A DNA stretch of 56,547 bases from the NCBI GenBank assembly GCA_016203445.1, contig JACQMS010000030.1:1-56547 (forward strand), given 5' to 3'. Position 1 is the first letter of the stretch. Every line of letters starts with the position of its first letter. Shown piece by piece: positions 1 to 8,623 of the stretch. Both the position numbers and the translations under genes were made by a program. Under the pieces are notes generated by a model that saw only the letters and a list, made by a program, of their open reading frames with translations, was not told the DNA's origin and ran no database searches. Source of the DNA: Candidatus Woesearchaeota archaeon. GTDB lineage: Archaea > Nanobdellota > Nanobdellia > Woesearchaeales > ARS49.

Positions 1-7
1 AACTCTC

Positions 8-267
8 GCTTTGCTCGATTCCTCATAAGAAACATTCGAATAATGTGTGTTGTTGTTTAAACAACCACTAATTTCTCAGGAATAAACGTGCAGTTGTAAC
101 TCCAAAATCTTCTCGCTACCGCTCGAACCTTTTGCGTCAGAAATTCTTGCATGGTCGAGGAATCTTGCTTTGCTCGATTCCTCATAAGAAACATTCGAAT
201 AATGTGTGTTGTTGTTTAAACAGCCACTAATTTCTCAGGAATAAACGTGCAGTTGTGACTCCAAAAT
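8..267. repeat. Direct repeat, two copies of about 101 bp (8..108 and 167..267), period 159 bp
   Basis: Near-identical copies read directly, differing at caac/cagc and gtaac/gtgac. Copy 1 contains the perfect palindrome GTTGTTTAAACAAC at 52..65. The array may be truncated by the window edge. Confidence 0.95.
109..191. repeat. REP-like dispersed 83-bp element, copy A
   Basis: Aligns with 37245..37327 (first 21 nt match at 20 positions, shared 3' end ttcctcataagaaa). Hairpin GAGGAATC(157..164)/GATTCCTC(176..183). Confidence 0.8.
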
Positions 268-367
268 ATTCTCAATGTCGCTAGAGCCTTTTACTTCAAC
301 AATCTCTTAATTCTTTGTTGCGTTATTTGTCGATAAGTTTTTTAAACATCTGCTTTTTTTATCGTCC

Positions 368-958
368 ATGAATATTGTTGCTTGTACTGATTTGCACGCG
401 GATTTGAAGTATTTTTCTTCAGTTTTGTTTTTGGTTAAGTCTTCTAATGCGGATATTGTTGTTTGTTGCGGCGATTTTACTGTTTGTGAGCGTAATATTA
501 TTGAATTGTTGTCTAGATTTGACAAATTTCCCGTCCCTGTTTTTTTGGTTCATGGTAATCATGAGTCTGAAGCGGTGGTTAAGGATTTGTGCAGTGGTTT
601 GAAGAACGTGAAATTTCTTCACAAAAACATTTTGAATTTTAATGGTGTGTATTTTGTTGGTTGGGGCGGCGGCGGTTTTTCTCGTCGTGATAAAAATTTT
701 GAGGTGTGGTGGAAGTCTAAGGAAAAAAGCATTAAAAGTCCTATTGTTCTTGTTACTCATGCCCCTCCTTTAGGTACTTGTCTTGATGAAATTTCCGGGA
801 GTCATGTTGGTTGTGAAAGTTTTACTGAATTTATATTGAGAAAAATTCCTGTTGTTGTTTTTTCTGGGCATATTGAGGAGAATGATGGCAAGAGTTGTGT
901 TTTTGGCTCTTCAAGAATTGTTAATCCGGGCGCTAAAGGTTTTTTTATGAAAGTTTAA
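368..958 (+). CDS. Metallophosphoesterase (Icc/calcineurin-like)
   Basis: Motifs DLH, GD, GNHE, TH, GHIEE. Confidence 0.9.
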   Translation: MNIVACTDLHADLKYFSSVLFLVKSSNADIVVCCGDFTVCERNIIELLSRFDKFPVPVFLVHGNHESEAVVKDLCSGLKNVKFLHKNILNFNGVYFVGWGGGGFSRRDKNFEVWWKSKEKSIKSPIVLVTHAPPLGTCLDEISGSHVGCESFTEFILRKIPVVVFSGHIEENDGKSCVFGSSRIVNPGAKGFFMKV

Positions 959-971
959 TCAATTTTCTAGT

Positions 972-1583
972 TTATAACGAACTTCCGATGTTTAGCAGTA
1001 TGTATATTCCTATTGTGTTAAGCACGTAAGATATTATGCTGAACACTATTGGTTTTATGTTTTTTGTTCCTGCTATCAGCGCAACTCCCAGCTCGTCGGG
1101 CAGCGGTGATGCTATTATTAGTCCTCCTATTACCGGTATTATGTAGTGTCTTATAGTTCTTGGAACGAATTTTTTCACTTTTTTGAATATTTGTTCTCTT
1201 TCTATTCTATGCAGTTCGTCAGCCATCGTAGTTCTTATGAGTTCGAATATTGTTAAGTCAGCTATTAGTGCTCCCAGTCCCCCTATCATCGCAGTAATTA
1301 TTATATTGCTTTGTTCTCCAAGCGATAGAAATATTGCTGTCGCTGGTGCTGCTGTAAATCCGTAACTGAATAATAATCCTGATATAAAAACTCCATAATC
1401 TCCTATGTTCTTTAGCGATGATATTAGCGTGCTGTTGTGTCTGTCATAAAATATTATGTAAGCGATTACTAACGTTAGCAGTAGAGCCACCATTTTTGGA
1501 TATTTTTTTCCGTACCTTCCTGTACTTCCGCCATTCTTAGACATGGCCTTTTTACAGACCAAGGGTTTTTTAAATATTGCCAT
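972..1583 (-). CDS. Multi-pass membrane protein, hypothetical
   Basis: About five hydrophobic segments. The true start may be downstream of 1583. Confidence 0.7.
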   Translation of the reverse strand: MAIFKKPLVCKKAMSKNGGSTGRYGKKYPKMVALLLTLVIAYIIFYDRHNSTLISSLKNIGDYGVFISGLLFSYGFTAAPATAIFLSLGEQSNIIITAMIGGLGALIADLTIFELIRTTMADELHRIEREQIFKKVKKFVPRTIRHYIIPVIGGLIIASPLPDELGVALIAGTKNIKPIVFSIISYVLNTIGIYILLNIGSSL

Positions 1584-2086
1584 TTTCTCAGATCAAGTTT
1601 AAAATGAAAGCTGTTGATATAGTAAATGCTGTTGAGTCTTCTGAAGTTTTTCAGTTGTGGGCTCTAGAGCATAAAGGATTTTTCCTCTCACATATTTTCG
1701 TAATGCTTGAATCTTCCGATGAATTTCAGCTAGGATACTATTTTGATGACAGAATGCACTCATTTCTTCTAGAAAGGGGTGTTGTTACAAGTTTGTCTCA
1801 CGATGAGATTTTAAAGACGGAACACGAGATTATTCCTCTAGATGTTAATGAAGTAGTTTTAGACATGGATGATGCGGTGAATATAGCGAGAGAGCAATTA
1901 GTTTTGCAATACCCCAGGGAAGCTCCAATAAAAACTTTTTTTATCGTTCAAACATTGCAGATAGGAACAGTTTTTAATTTTACTTATTTTTGTCAGAGCT
2001 TTAAAACTGTTAACTTCAAAATTTCTACAATCGACGGAAAAATTTTGCACCATTCCTGCGATCCTTTGATTGGTCAAATGAAATAA
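1577..2086 (+). CDS. Hypothetical protein
   Basis: 169-aa ORF with globular-like composition. The start may be the ATG at 1604. Confidence 0.65.
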   Translation: MPFSQIKFKMKAVDIVNAVESSEVFQLWALEHKGFFLSHIFVMLESSDEFQLGYYFDDRMHSFLLERGVVTSLSHDEILKTEHEIIPLDVNEVVLDMDDAVNIAREQLVLQYPREAPIKTFFIVQTLQIGTVFNFTYFCQSFKTVNFKISTIDGKILHHSCDPLIGQMK

Positions 2087-2311
2087 TTGTGGAATCACTA
2101 CTTCTCCGTTTTTACAGTTGTTCAATAGTATCTATTTTCTAATTTGTACTTTTTCAATAAGTGTGTTTTGTAATACCATATCGTTGTTCAATATTATTTA
2201 TAAAGTGGTTTTGTGCTGTCCACTATCGCGATGGGGAAAAGAGTGCTACCAAAATCACTCTTTTTAGGGTATTGAGGTAGGACTTTTAAAAAAAAAGAGG
2301 TGATGTTTTTT

Positions 2312-2386
2312 ATGGCAATCAGTTTTGCTACCGTTATGAAGAATAAAACTCTCGGGTTTTTTCTTGACGTAGAGGAAGATAAGTAA
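2312..2386 (+). CDS. Putative 24-aa microprotein MAISFATVMKNKTLGFFLDVEEDK
   Basis: GAGGTGA ribosome-binding site at 2297..2303, ATG at 2312, TATA-like TTTATAAA at 2197..2204. Confidence 0.45.
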   Translation: MAISFATVMKNKTLGFFLDVEEDK

Positions 2387-2660
2387 TTGTTAATATACAC
2401 TGTGAATCTGTGTACTTATGCGCTTCTTGATTGCATCGCGTTTTCTGGTTTGAACACCGTTTCCGCATTTGGCGTATAATAGTGATTCTCGCGGCAAATT
2501 CTTCGTTATCTTTCTCTTTTTTTTTCGTGCGTCTCAAGAACTTTGTTAACCTTTATAACAATTTTTGTTCCATCGTGATTTTTTTTGGATAAATTTATAA
2601 ATAATACTGTTTTTTACTCGGCAGATATTGTTATTGATTTTGACAAAAAGAGGTGTAATA

Positions 2661-5600
2661 GTGTCTGGAAGAAAGACTAGTTCAAAAAATGTTTTTTTTA
2701 GGCAGTATTCTTTGTACTTGATTGGTCTGCCTGTTGCTTTAGTTGTTGGAGTTCTTCTAGGCTTATTACTGGTTTTTGTTACTCAACAATTTACTGGCCT
2801 TAGTGTTTATGATGATGCATTGTATTCTGGTGCTGGCTACGATCTGAGTGCTACTCTTCAAAGTATTACTGCATCAAGTTCCAGATTTTCTTCAACTGAC
2901 GGAACTATAATAAGTAATGGTGTTAATAGTGTGTTCATATATAATTCTTCTAATGATGGTCTTAGTAATTCTTGGCGTTCCAATACTTCTCTTTCTTGGT
3001 ATAATGAGTTTGATAGTGCTTTAGTTAGACAATACTTAATATTGAATAATTCAAGGGTTGATTACGTATACGTTAACGCCGGTTCTGTTAATGCTACTGA
3101 TTTGGAGCCGGGTCTTGGTGATATGTCTTGGACTGGGTGGTTTTACCTGAATTCCTCACTATCCACTGTTGGCTATTTTAGCAAGATGGGAAATGCAGTT
3201 CCCGGGGCTGGTTATGGATTGTATTCTACTAAGAATGCTACTATTGAAACATTCAATTTTTCTTTGAGGCACAATGATTCGTTTGTCGTGGAACTTCTTG
3301 CTAACGCTTCTCTGAATATGAATGCGTGGCGTCACATAGGTGTTGTTTTGAATCATTCTGGGAATGCTTCTATTTACATTAATGGTTCTTTGATTGGTAG
3401 CGTTAATGTTTCTGCTATTTATAACAAGAATGTTAGCCCTGGTAGTGGTTATAATTTTATTTTAGGCAGAGCCAATACTCGTGATTCTGGTAATCATAAT
3501 TTTACTTATGGTATTGATGAGTTCAGAATTTATACTAGAGCTCTTTCATCATCGGAAGTTTTGGATGATTATAATACTGGATTTTTGAAAACTTCTACGA
3601 ATGTTTCAGGAAATGGTAAAACTTTTGAGTTAACGTTTGATTCTGGTATTAAAACTGATACTAGTACTAAAAATCATACTTCTGGTGTTGCGACTAATGC
3701 TAATGCTTTTACTAATCGTCGTGATGACACCAGAATTTTTCCTGCGAGGTCTTATTGCATTACTGATAATTCTGGTTGGAACATAATTAATGCTTCTAAT
3801 GGTAGGTTATGGATGGGTATGACTGAAGGTGAAGGGTATTATGATTCCACTAGTACCAACGATTGTTTCATGAGGAATGGAAAACTTATTTATTGGAGTT
3901 CTGGCGGCGGAGTTAATGGGTTGTTCATTGTTGACTTTACTGCTGACCAGATAAAGCATTGGGATACTAGCGGTTTACGAACGTTTAATAGCAATATTAG
4001 CCGGAGAAATTTCCGTGACGGTTTTAGTTCTTATAGTGGTTATGCTCTTGGCGGCAACCCTGCTGATATCTCTTGTATTAATTTAACCAGTGATATTGTG
4101 TGCGCCATTGGTCATAGCACTGGCATTGATATAGTTAATATTTCTGGTACTAGTTATGCTTACTTGGCTAATTCTAGTATTGGAAGTTCTGTATCGAATG
4201 TTTATTTGTCTAAAGATAAAAATTTGTACTACATAGTTAGCGGTGGTGGCAGTTCTTTGTTTGTTAAAAATAATGTTACTTCCGCCGGTGTTAATTTTAC
4301 TAAGGACTCTAACATATCTTTGGGTGGCGGAAGCGTTACTTCTTTGCACGCTTTTAATAACAAAATATTTTTGGCTATTGAAAGCAACGGTGTTAGAGTT
4401 TACAATTCTTCATTGTCAAATATTGCTAATTACACTTTGACTAATGGCGTTCTTTCATCTCAAAATAGTGTTAATTCTATGAAAGGTATTGGTTCTGATG
4501 TTCTTGTTGTTGCCGAAAGGTCAGGTATGAACGATTTTGGTTCAATAACAGAAATTAATACTTCTTCAAACTCTAGAATTGTTACAATTGCTAGACTTGC
4601 TCAACCTTACGAATCTATTAGCGGTTCTGGGGCGCACTACTCTTTTGAAAATGTTAGCACTGACCAAATTAATGGTGATAATAATATTACTGGTGCCAGA
4701 AATTATTCTTCTAGCTCTTCAAAGATTGGTTCTTATTCTTTGAGAACTAGTGGTTCTTCTGGCAGCTGGTCTAACATTACTGGTGGCAGTGATACTAATC
4801 TTTCGAATTCTAATTGGACTGTTGAACTTTTCGTTAATCCTGATAGTGGTGGTGGCCCTTCTATTAACAAAACTTTATTGTATGCTTCGAGTGGCAGTTC
4901 TTATTACTGGTTTTACCTTGATACTAGTAGTAATGTCGCGTTTTCTTGGAGTAATGGTTCTGCTACTGAGAGCGTTCCTTCAACTGCAACAGTTTCTTCT
5001 AATACTTGGAGTCATATTGCTTATGTTAAGAGCGGTTCGCAGCTAAGAGTGTACGTTAACGGAAATCTGAACTCTATTGATGCTGATGGAACTTATACTG
5101 CGATTATCAATATAACAAGTGTTAGTATAGGTAGCGATTGGAGTGTTGGAGGTCGTTCTGATGATGGCAGTAATTTGACTGGTTATGTTGATGAGTTGAG
5201 AATAATAAAGACAGCTCTTAGCGGCTCTAATATTAGCGAGGATTATGCAAAAACTTTGCCAGTTTCCAGCACTAGGCTTGAGGCTTATGCTTCTTTTAGT
5301 GTCATAGATGTCGAGGCTCCCGGAGCTTTTAATGTTAGCGGGACTTCTGGAACTTATCTTTTGGGGTCCGATAGTGGCGCTAATAGTTTTGGCAGTTCTC
5401 TATCTTGGACTTCTACTGCTGGTGATTCAACACCCCCTGCAGTTACCATAAACTCTCCATCAAGCGGTAGCAATCACACTTTGAACTTTGTTATTAATGC
5501 AACTGTTACAGATTCTCAGAACACTGTTTCTTCTGTTCAGTACAGGTATGAGAATTCTTCTATTAACAGTTCTTGGACTAGTATGTCTCAGTCTGGAACT

Positions 5601-6710
5601 TATTGGACTGCAACGGTAAACATATCAACAATTACTGACGGAAACTACACTTTTAGGATTAACGCTTCTGATAACGCGGAGAATTATAATACTACTGTAA
5701 CAATAAATAGTGTTACTGTTGATGATTCACCTCCGGCCATTAGTGGTGTTGCTAATAGTAGCGTAACTTCCTCATCATTTATTGTTTCGTGGAATGTTAG
5801 TAAGTCTTCTAATGGTTCTGTTAATTATGGTACTAACTCTTCAAATCTTTCTAGCAGTGCAACCAATTCTAGTCTTAGATCGAATCACACAATTAGCATA
5901 TCATCGCTTTCAGCATCTACAGTATATTACTATAACATAACTTCTTGTGATGCTCTTGCAAATTGCAATACTACTGGTTTTTACAATGTTACAACTTCCG
6001 CGGCATCTTCTGATTCTAGCAGTAGTTCTGGTGGTGGCGGAGGCAGTGTTTCTAATACTTCATCACCTTTTAATCCTCTAAAGCAAACTGTTGCATATAG
6101 CGTTAAGAAGGACGTTCCTGCAATCATGAAGGTTTCGAGAGCAGACATTCCTATAACAGAAGTAGAGTTAACTCTTTTGTCAGATAAATCTACTGCCAAA
6201 GTTACCATAGAAAAATTAGCTTCGAGGCCTTCGACGACTTTAGAATTTTCAGGTTCTACAATTGCGTTCTTGTCCATAGAAAAATCTGGTTTTGAGAATT
6301 CTGATGTTTCATCATCAAAATTATCTTTCGAGATTCCCAGAATTGACCTTGTTGCTAAATCCATTGCTCCAGAAAATGTTGCGTTATATCGCTTCACTAC
6401 TCAGTGGGATGAGTTAGAAACATCATTTGAAGGTTTGAATGGTTCTGTTTACAGGTATAAAGCTTTAACTAATGGATTTAGTTATTTTATTATAGCTTCT
6501 AAATCTTCGCCAGTGATTGCTGAAGAAATAGTTGATACTTTACCAGAATCGGAACCAGTAGTAGAAACAGTAATTTTAACTAATGATAACGCGGGCAATA
6601 TAGCTGGGGCGGCAACAGGAATTTCTGATACTGGAAGGATTGCGGGCATTGCAATTGCCGTTTTATTAATCGTCGCAATCATCGGTTTGTATTTTATGAG
6701 AAAAAAGTAG
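2661..6710 (+). CDS. Large cell-surface glycoprotein: two LamG-like jellyroll domains, Ig/FnIII-like domains, PGF-pre-PGF domain, C-terminal membrane anchor
   Basis: N-terminal hydrophobic helix. LamG motifs WRHIGVV..IYING..IDEFRIY and WSHIAYV..VYVNG..VDELRI. Ser/Gly linker, then VALYRF..W..GFSYFII, then a TM helix ending in RKK. Many N-x-S/T sequons. GTG start chosen after GAGGTG (ORF track start is 2628). Confidence 0.85.
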   Translation: MSGRKTSSKNVFFRQYSLYLIGLPVALVVGVLLGLLLVFVTQQFTGLSVYDDALYSGAGYDLSATLQSITASSSRFSSTDGTIISNGVNSVFIYNSSNDGLSNSWRSNTSLSWYNEFDSALVRQYLILNNSRVDYVYVNAGSVNATDLEPGLGDMSWTGWFYLNSSLSTVGYFSKMGNAVPGAGYGLYSTKNATIETFNFSLRHNDSFVVELLANASLNMNAWRHIGVVLNHSGNASIYINGSLIGSVNVSAIYNKNVSPGSGYNFILGRANTRDSGNHNFTYGIDEFRIYTRALSSSEVLDDYNTGFLKTSTNVSGNGKTFELTFDSGIKTDTSTKNHTSGVATNANAFTNRRDDTRIFPARSYCITDNSGWNIINASNGRLWMGMTEGEGYYDSTSTNDCFMRNGKLIYWSSGGGVNGLFIVDFTADQIKHWDTSGLRTFNSNISRRNFRDGFSSYSGYALGGNPADISCINLTSDIVCAIGHSTGIDIVNISGTSYAYLANSSIGSSVSNVYLSKDKNLYYIVSGGGSSLFVKNNVTSAGVNFTKDSNISLGGGSVTSLHAFNNKIFLAIESNGVRVYNSSLSNIANYTLTNGVLSSQNSVNSMKGIGSDVLVVAERSGMNDFGSITEINTSSNSRIVTIARLAQPYESISGSGAHYSFENVSTDQINGDNNITGARNYSSSSSKIGSYSLRTSGSSGSWSNITGGSDTNLSNSNWTVELFVNPDSGGGPSINKTLLYASSGSSYYWFYLDTSSNVAFSWSNGSATESVPSTATVSSNTWSHIAYVKSGSQLRVYVNGNLNSIDADGTYTAIINITSVSIGSDWSVGGRSDDGSNLTGYVDELRIIKTALSGSNISEDYAKTLPVSSTRLEAYASFSVIDVEAPGAFNVSGTSGTYLLGSDSGANSFGSSLSWTSTAGDSTPPAVTINSPSSGSNHTLNFVINATVTDSQNTVSSVQYRYENSSINSSWTSMSQSGTYWTATVNISTITDGNYTFRINASDNAENYNTTVTINSVTVDDSPPAISGVANSSVTSSSFIVSWNVSKSSNGSVNYGTNSSNLSSSATNSSLRSNHTISISSLSASTVYYYNITSCDALANCNTTGFYNVTTSAASSDSSSSSGGGGGSVSNTSSPFNPLKQTVAYSVKKDVPAIMKVSRADIPITEVELTLLSDKSTAKVTIEKLASRPSTTLEFSGSTIAFLSIEKSGFENSDVSSSKLSFEIPRIDLVAKSIAPENVALYRFTTQWDELETSFEGLNGSVYRYKALTNGFSYFIIASKSSPVIAEEIVDTLPESEPVVETVILTNDNAGNIAGAATGISDTGRIAGIAIAVLLIVAIIGLYFMRKK

Positions 6711-6724
6711 TGCTGCCGTGATGT

Positions 6725-7408
6725 CTACTTTCTAGTCAAGCCTATATCCTTAATTTTTCTATGAAGTGTTTCTTCAGCTATACCTATTGAGCCGGCGGTT
6801 TTTCTTACATTCCAATTATTTGATTCAAGGTTTGTTTCAAAATATTCTTTTTCGAATATTCTTTCTGCTTTCGACATTGTTAATTGTTCTTCTAAAGGCA
6901 TTTCTTTTATTATTTGTTTTGATATGTTCGGCGCTTCTTGGTAGAATTGTTGGACTTTTGATGGATGCAAGAATTCTTTGTAGTGCTCTAAAGTTTTTTC
7001 TATTATGTTTTGAACTTTTAATTCTCTGGAGTAGTCTTGATGTCTTGTTTCACTTCTGAACTCTTCAGGGTTCAGCGAAAATTCTGATAATAGCCTGTGG
7101 ATTGTTCTCCTGTCAACTCCCGCGATTTTTGCGCACTTGCTCACGTTGCCGCCATTTTCTCTCAATATTTTTCTCAAATATTCTTTTTTAAAATTTTTTT
7201 TCGCCGTTTTAAATGGCTGGTCAAAACCTATCGGTAGCATGAATAGTTTTGGTTTTGATAGTATGTCTGTTATATCTTTTTTTACTTCTTTGACAGTTAC
7301 TCCTAGATGTTGATGCATTGCTTTTTCTATTATTGGCGAGACTTTTTCTTCTAGGACTCTATTTTTTTCTTCATTAGCACCGCTATCACTATCACCATTA
7401 CTATTCAT
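6725..7408 (-). CDS. Protein with two Fis-type (HTH_8-like) helix-turn-helix domains
   Basis: KEYLRKILRENGGNVSKCAKIAGVDRRTIHRLL and KEYFETNLESNNWNVRKTAGSIGIAEETLHRKI. ATG at 7408 chosen to avoid overlap with the divergent gene. Confidence 0.8.
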   Translation of the reverse strand: MNSNGDSDSGANEEKNRVLEEKVSPIIEKAMHQHLGVTVKEVKKDITDILSKPKLFMLPIGFDQPFKTAKKNFKKEYLRKILRENGGNVSKCAKIAGVDRRTIHRLLSEFSLNPEEFRSETRHQDYSRELKVQNIIEKTLEHYKEFLHPSKVQQFYQEAPNISKQIIKEMPLEEQLTMSKAERIFEKEYFETNLESNNWNVRKTAGSIGIAEETLHRKIKDIGLTRK

Positions 7409-7477
7409 GTGATGTGTTTTGATAATGCTACTATAAAAAACGATATGCTTTAAAACTGTGCATCCAGAAAACAGCTG

Positions 7478-8329
7478 ATGAATCGAAAGATTATAGATCC
7501 TGTTGGCGGTCAGGCTCTTATTGAAGGAGTTATGATGCGTTCTAAGAATGTTGTTTCCATGAGCACCAGAAAGAAAGATGGGAGTATTGTTACTAAAACT
7601 TTGCGTCATACTCCTTTAAACGTTTCGAAGCCTTATAACTATCCCATTATTAGGGGTTCTGTTGGCATGATTGATATGCTTGTTATAGGGTTTAAAGCAT
7701 TAAATTGGAGTGCTGATCAGCAGTTAGGCAAGGAGGAAAAAATTACTTCCAGAGAAATTATTAGCACTACTTTTTTGGCTCTCGTTGGAACTTTTTTGAT
7801 ATTCGTTGCTCTTCCTTATTATTTATCCACCCTAATAACGACTCCTGATGGAGTAATTTTTCATATTATTGACGGCTTGTTGAGGCTTGCACTTTTTGTA
7901 GGGTATATTTCTTTGATATCTTTGATGAGTGATGTTAGAACTATGTTTGAGTATCATGGCGCGGAGCATAAAGCTGTTCATTGTTATGAGTCCGGTAAAA
8001 AGTTGACTCCTGAGAACGTATTGAGATTTCCTAAAGAGCATCCCCGTTGCGGTACTAGTTTTCTCATAATAGTTCTTGCTATAAGCATTATAACTTTTAG
8101 TATAGTCAGAACCGATAGCTCTTTTTGGAATGTTGCTCTTAGAATTATTCTTATTCCATTAATAATGGGTGTTAGCTACGAATTTTTAAAGTTGTCAGCA
8201 AAAAATGCTGATGGTAATATGTTTAAATTTATAGTTGCTCCGGGCTTGTGGATGCAGAAAATAACTACCAGAGAGCCCAACAAGAAACAGGCAGAAGTTG
8301 CAATAACCGCACTTAAGAATGCGCTGTGA
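7478..8329 (+). CDS. DUF1385 (YqhQ-like) membrane protein
   Basis: Motifs GGQALIEGVMMR, YHGAEHK, HPRCGTSF, TTREP. Confidence 0.9.
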   Translation: MNRKIIDPVGGQALIEGVMMRSKNVVSMSTRKKDGSIVTKTLRHTPLNVSKPYNYPIIRGSVGMIDMLVIGFKALNWSADQQLGKEEKITSREIISTTFLALVGTFLIFVALPYYLSTLITTPDGVIFHIIDGLLRLALFVGYISLISLMSDVRTMFEYHGAEHKAVHCYESGKKLTPENVLRFPKEHPRCGTSFLIIVLAISIITFSIVRTDSSFWNVALRIILIPLIMGVSYEFLKLSAKNADGNMFKFIVAPGLWMQKITTREPNKKQAEVAITALKNAL

Positions 8330-8340
8330 ATTCGGCAATA

Positions 8341-8524
8341 TCAACTTAAGTGCCAAGGATTAATCTGTGTTCTTCTCAGTATCAGGGCGAGTAATGAAAT
8401 ACGTGCGATTTTTTTTCTTCCCACGAACAACGAGTTGTCGTGGGCAAGAAAAAAATCGCTATTTGCATCGTTTCGCGCCCGAAATTAGAAATGAACAGTT
8501 GTGATGTTTTGGCACTTAAGTTGA
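8341..8524. repeat. 184-bp imperfect fold-back element with 16-bp perfect terminal inverted repeats
   Basis: TCAACTTAAGTGCCAA (8341..8356) is the exact reverse complement of 8509..8524. Inner stem GCGATTTTTTTTCTT-CCCACGA / TCGTGGG-C-AAGAAAAAAATCGC at about 8405..8459. Confidence 0.85.
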
Positions 8525-8623
8525 CTTTATCTATCACATTGTGCAAAGATTTATATACGCACTGCAACTCTTTTTTATTGCTGAAAAAGCGGCTTTTTAT
8601 CGACGATAAAAAGGTATTTTGCC

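Noticed and set aside
8-267. CRISPR array
   Set aside because: The unit is about 101 bp with only two copies, and no cas genes are present.
8-267. Replication origin (ORB repeats)
   Set aside because: No convincing TTCCAGTGGAAAC-type box with a G-string, and no orc1/cdc6 in the window.
2221-2290. Fluoride or other known riboswitch
   Set aside because: Only a short GCGATGG resemblance. The rest of the consensus is absent.
2334-2537. 67-aa minus-strand ORF
   Set aside because: TTG start, no ribosome-binding site, and it overlaps the better-supported plus-strand micro-ORF.
7409-7609. N-terminal extension of the Fis-HTH ORF
   Set aside because: It overlaps the divergent DUF1385 gene, so ATG 7408 is more plausible.
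8341-8524. SRP RNA or 6S RNA
   Set aside because: No SRP helix-8 motif. The length match to 6S is suggestive only, and archaea lack sigma70.
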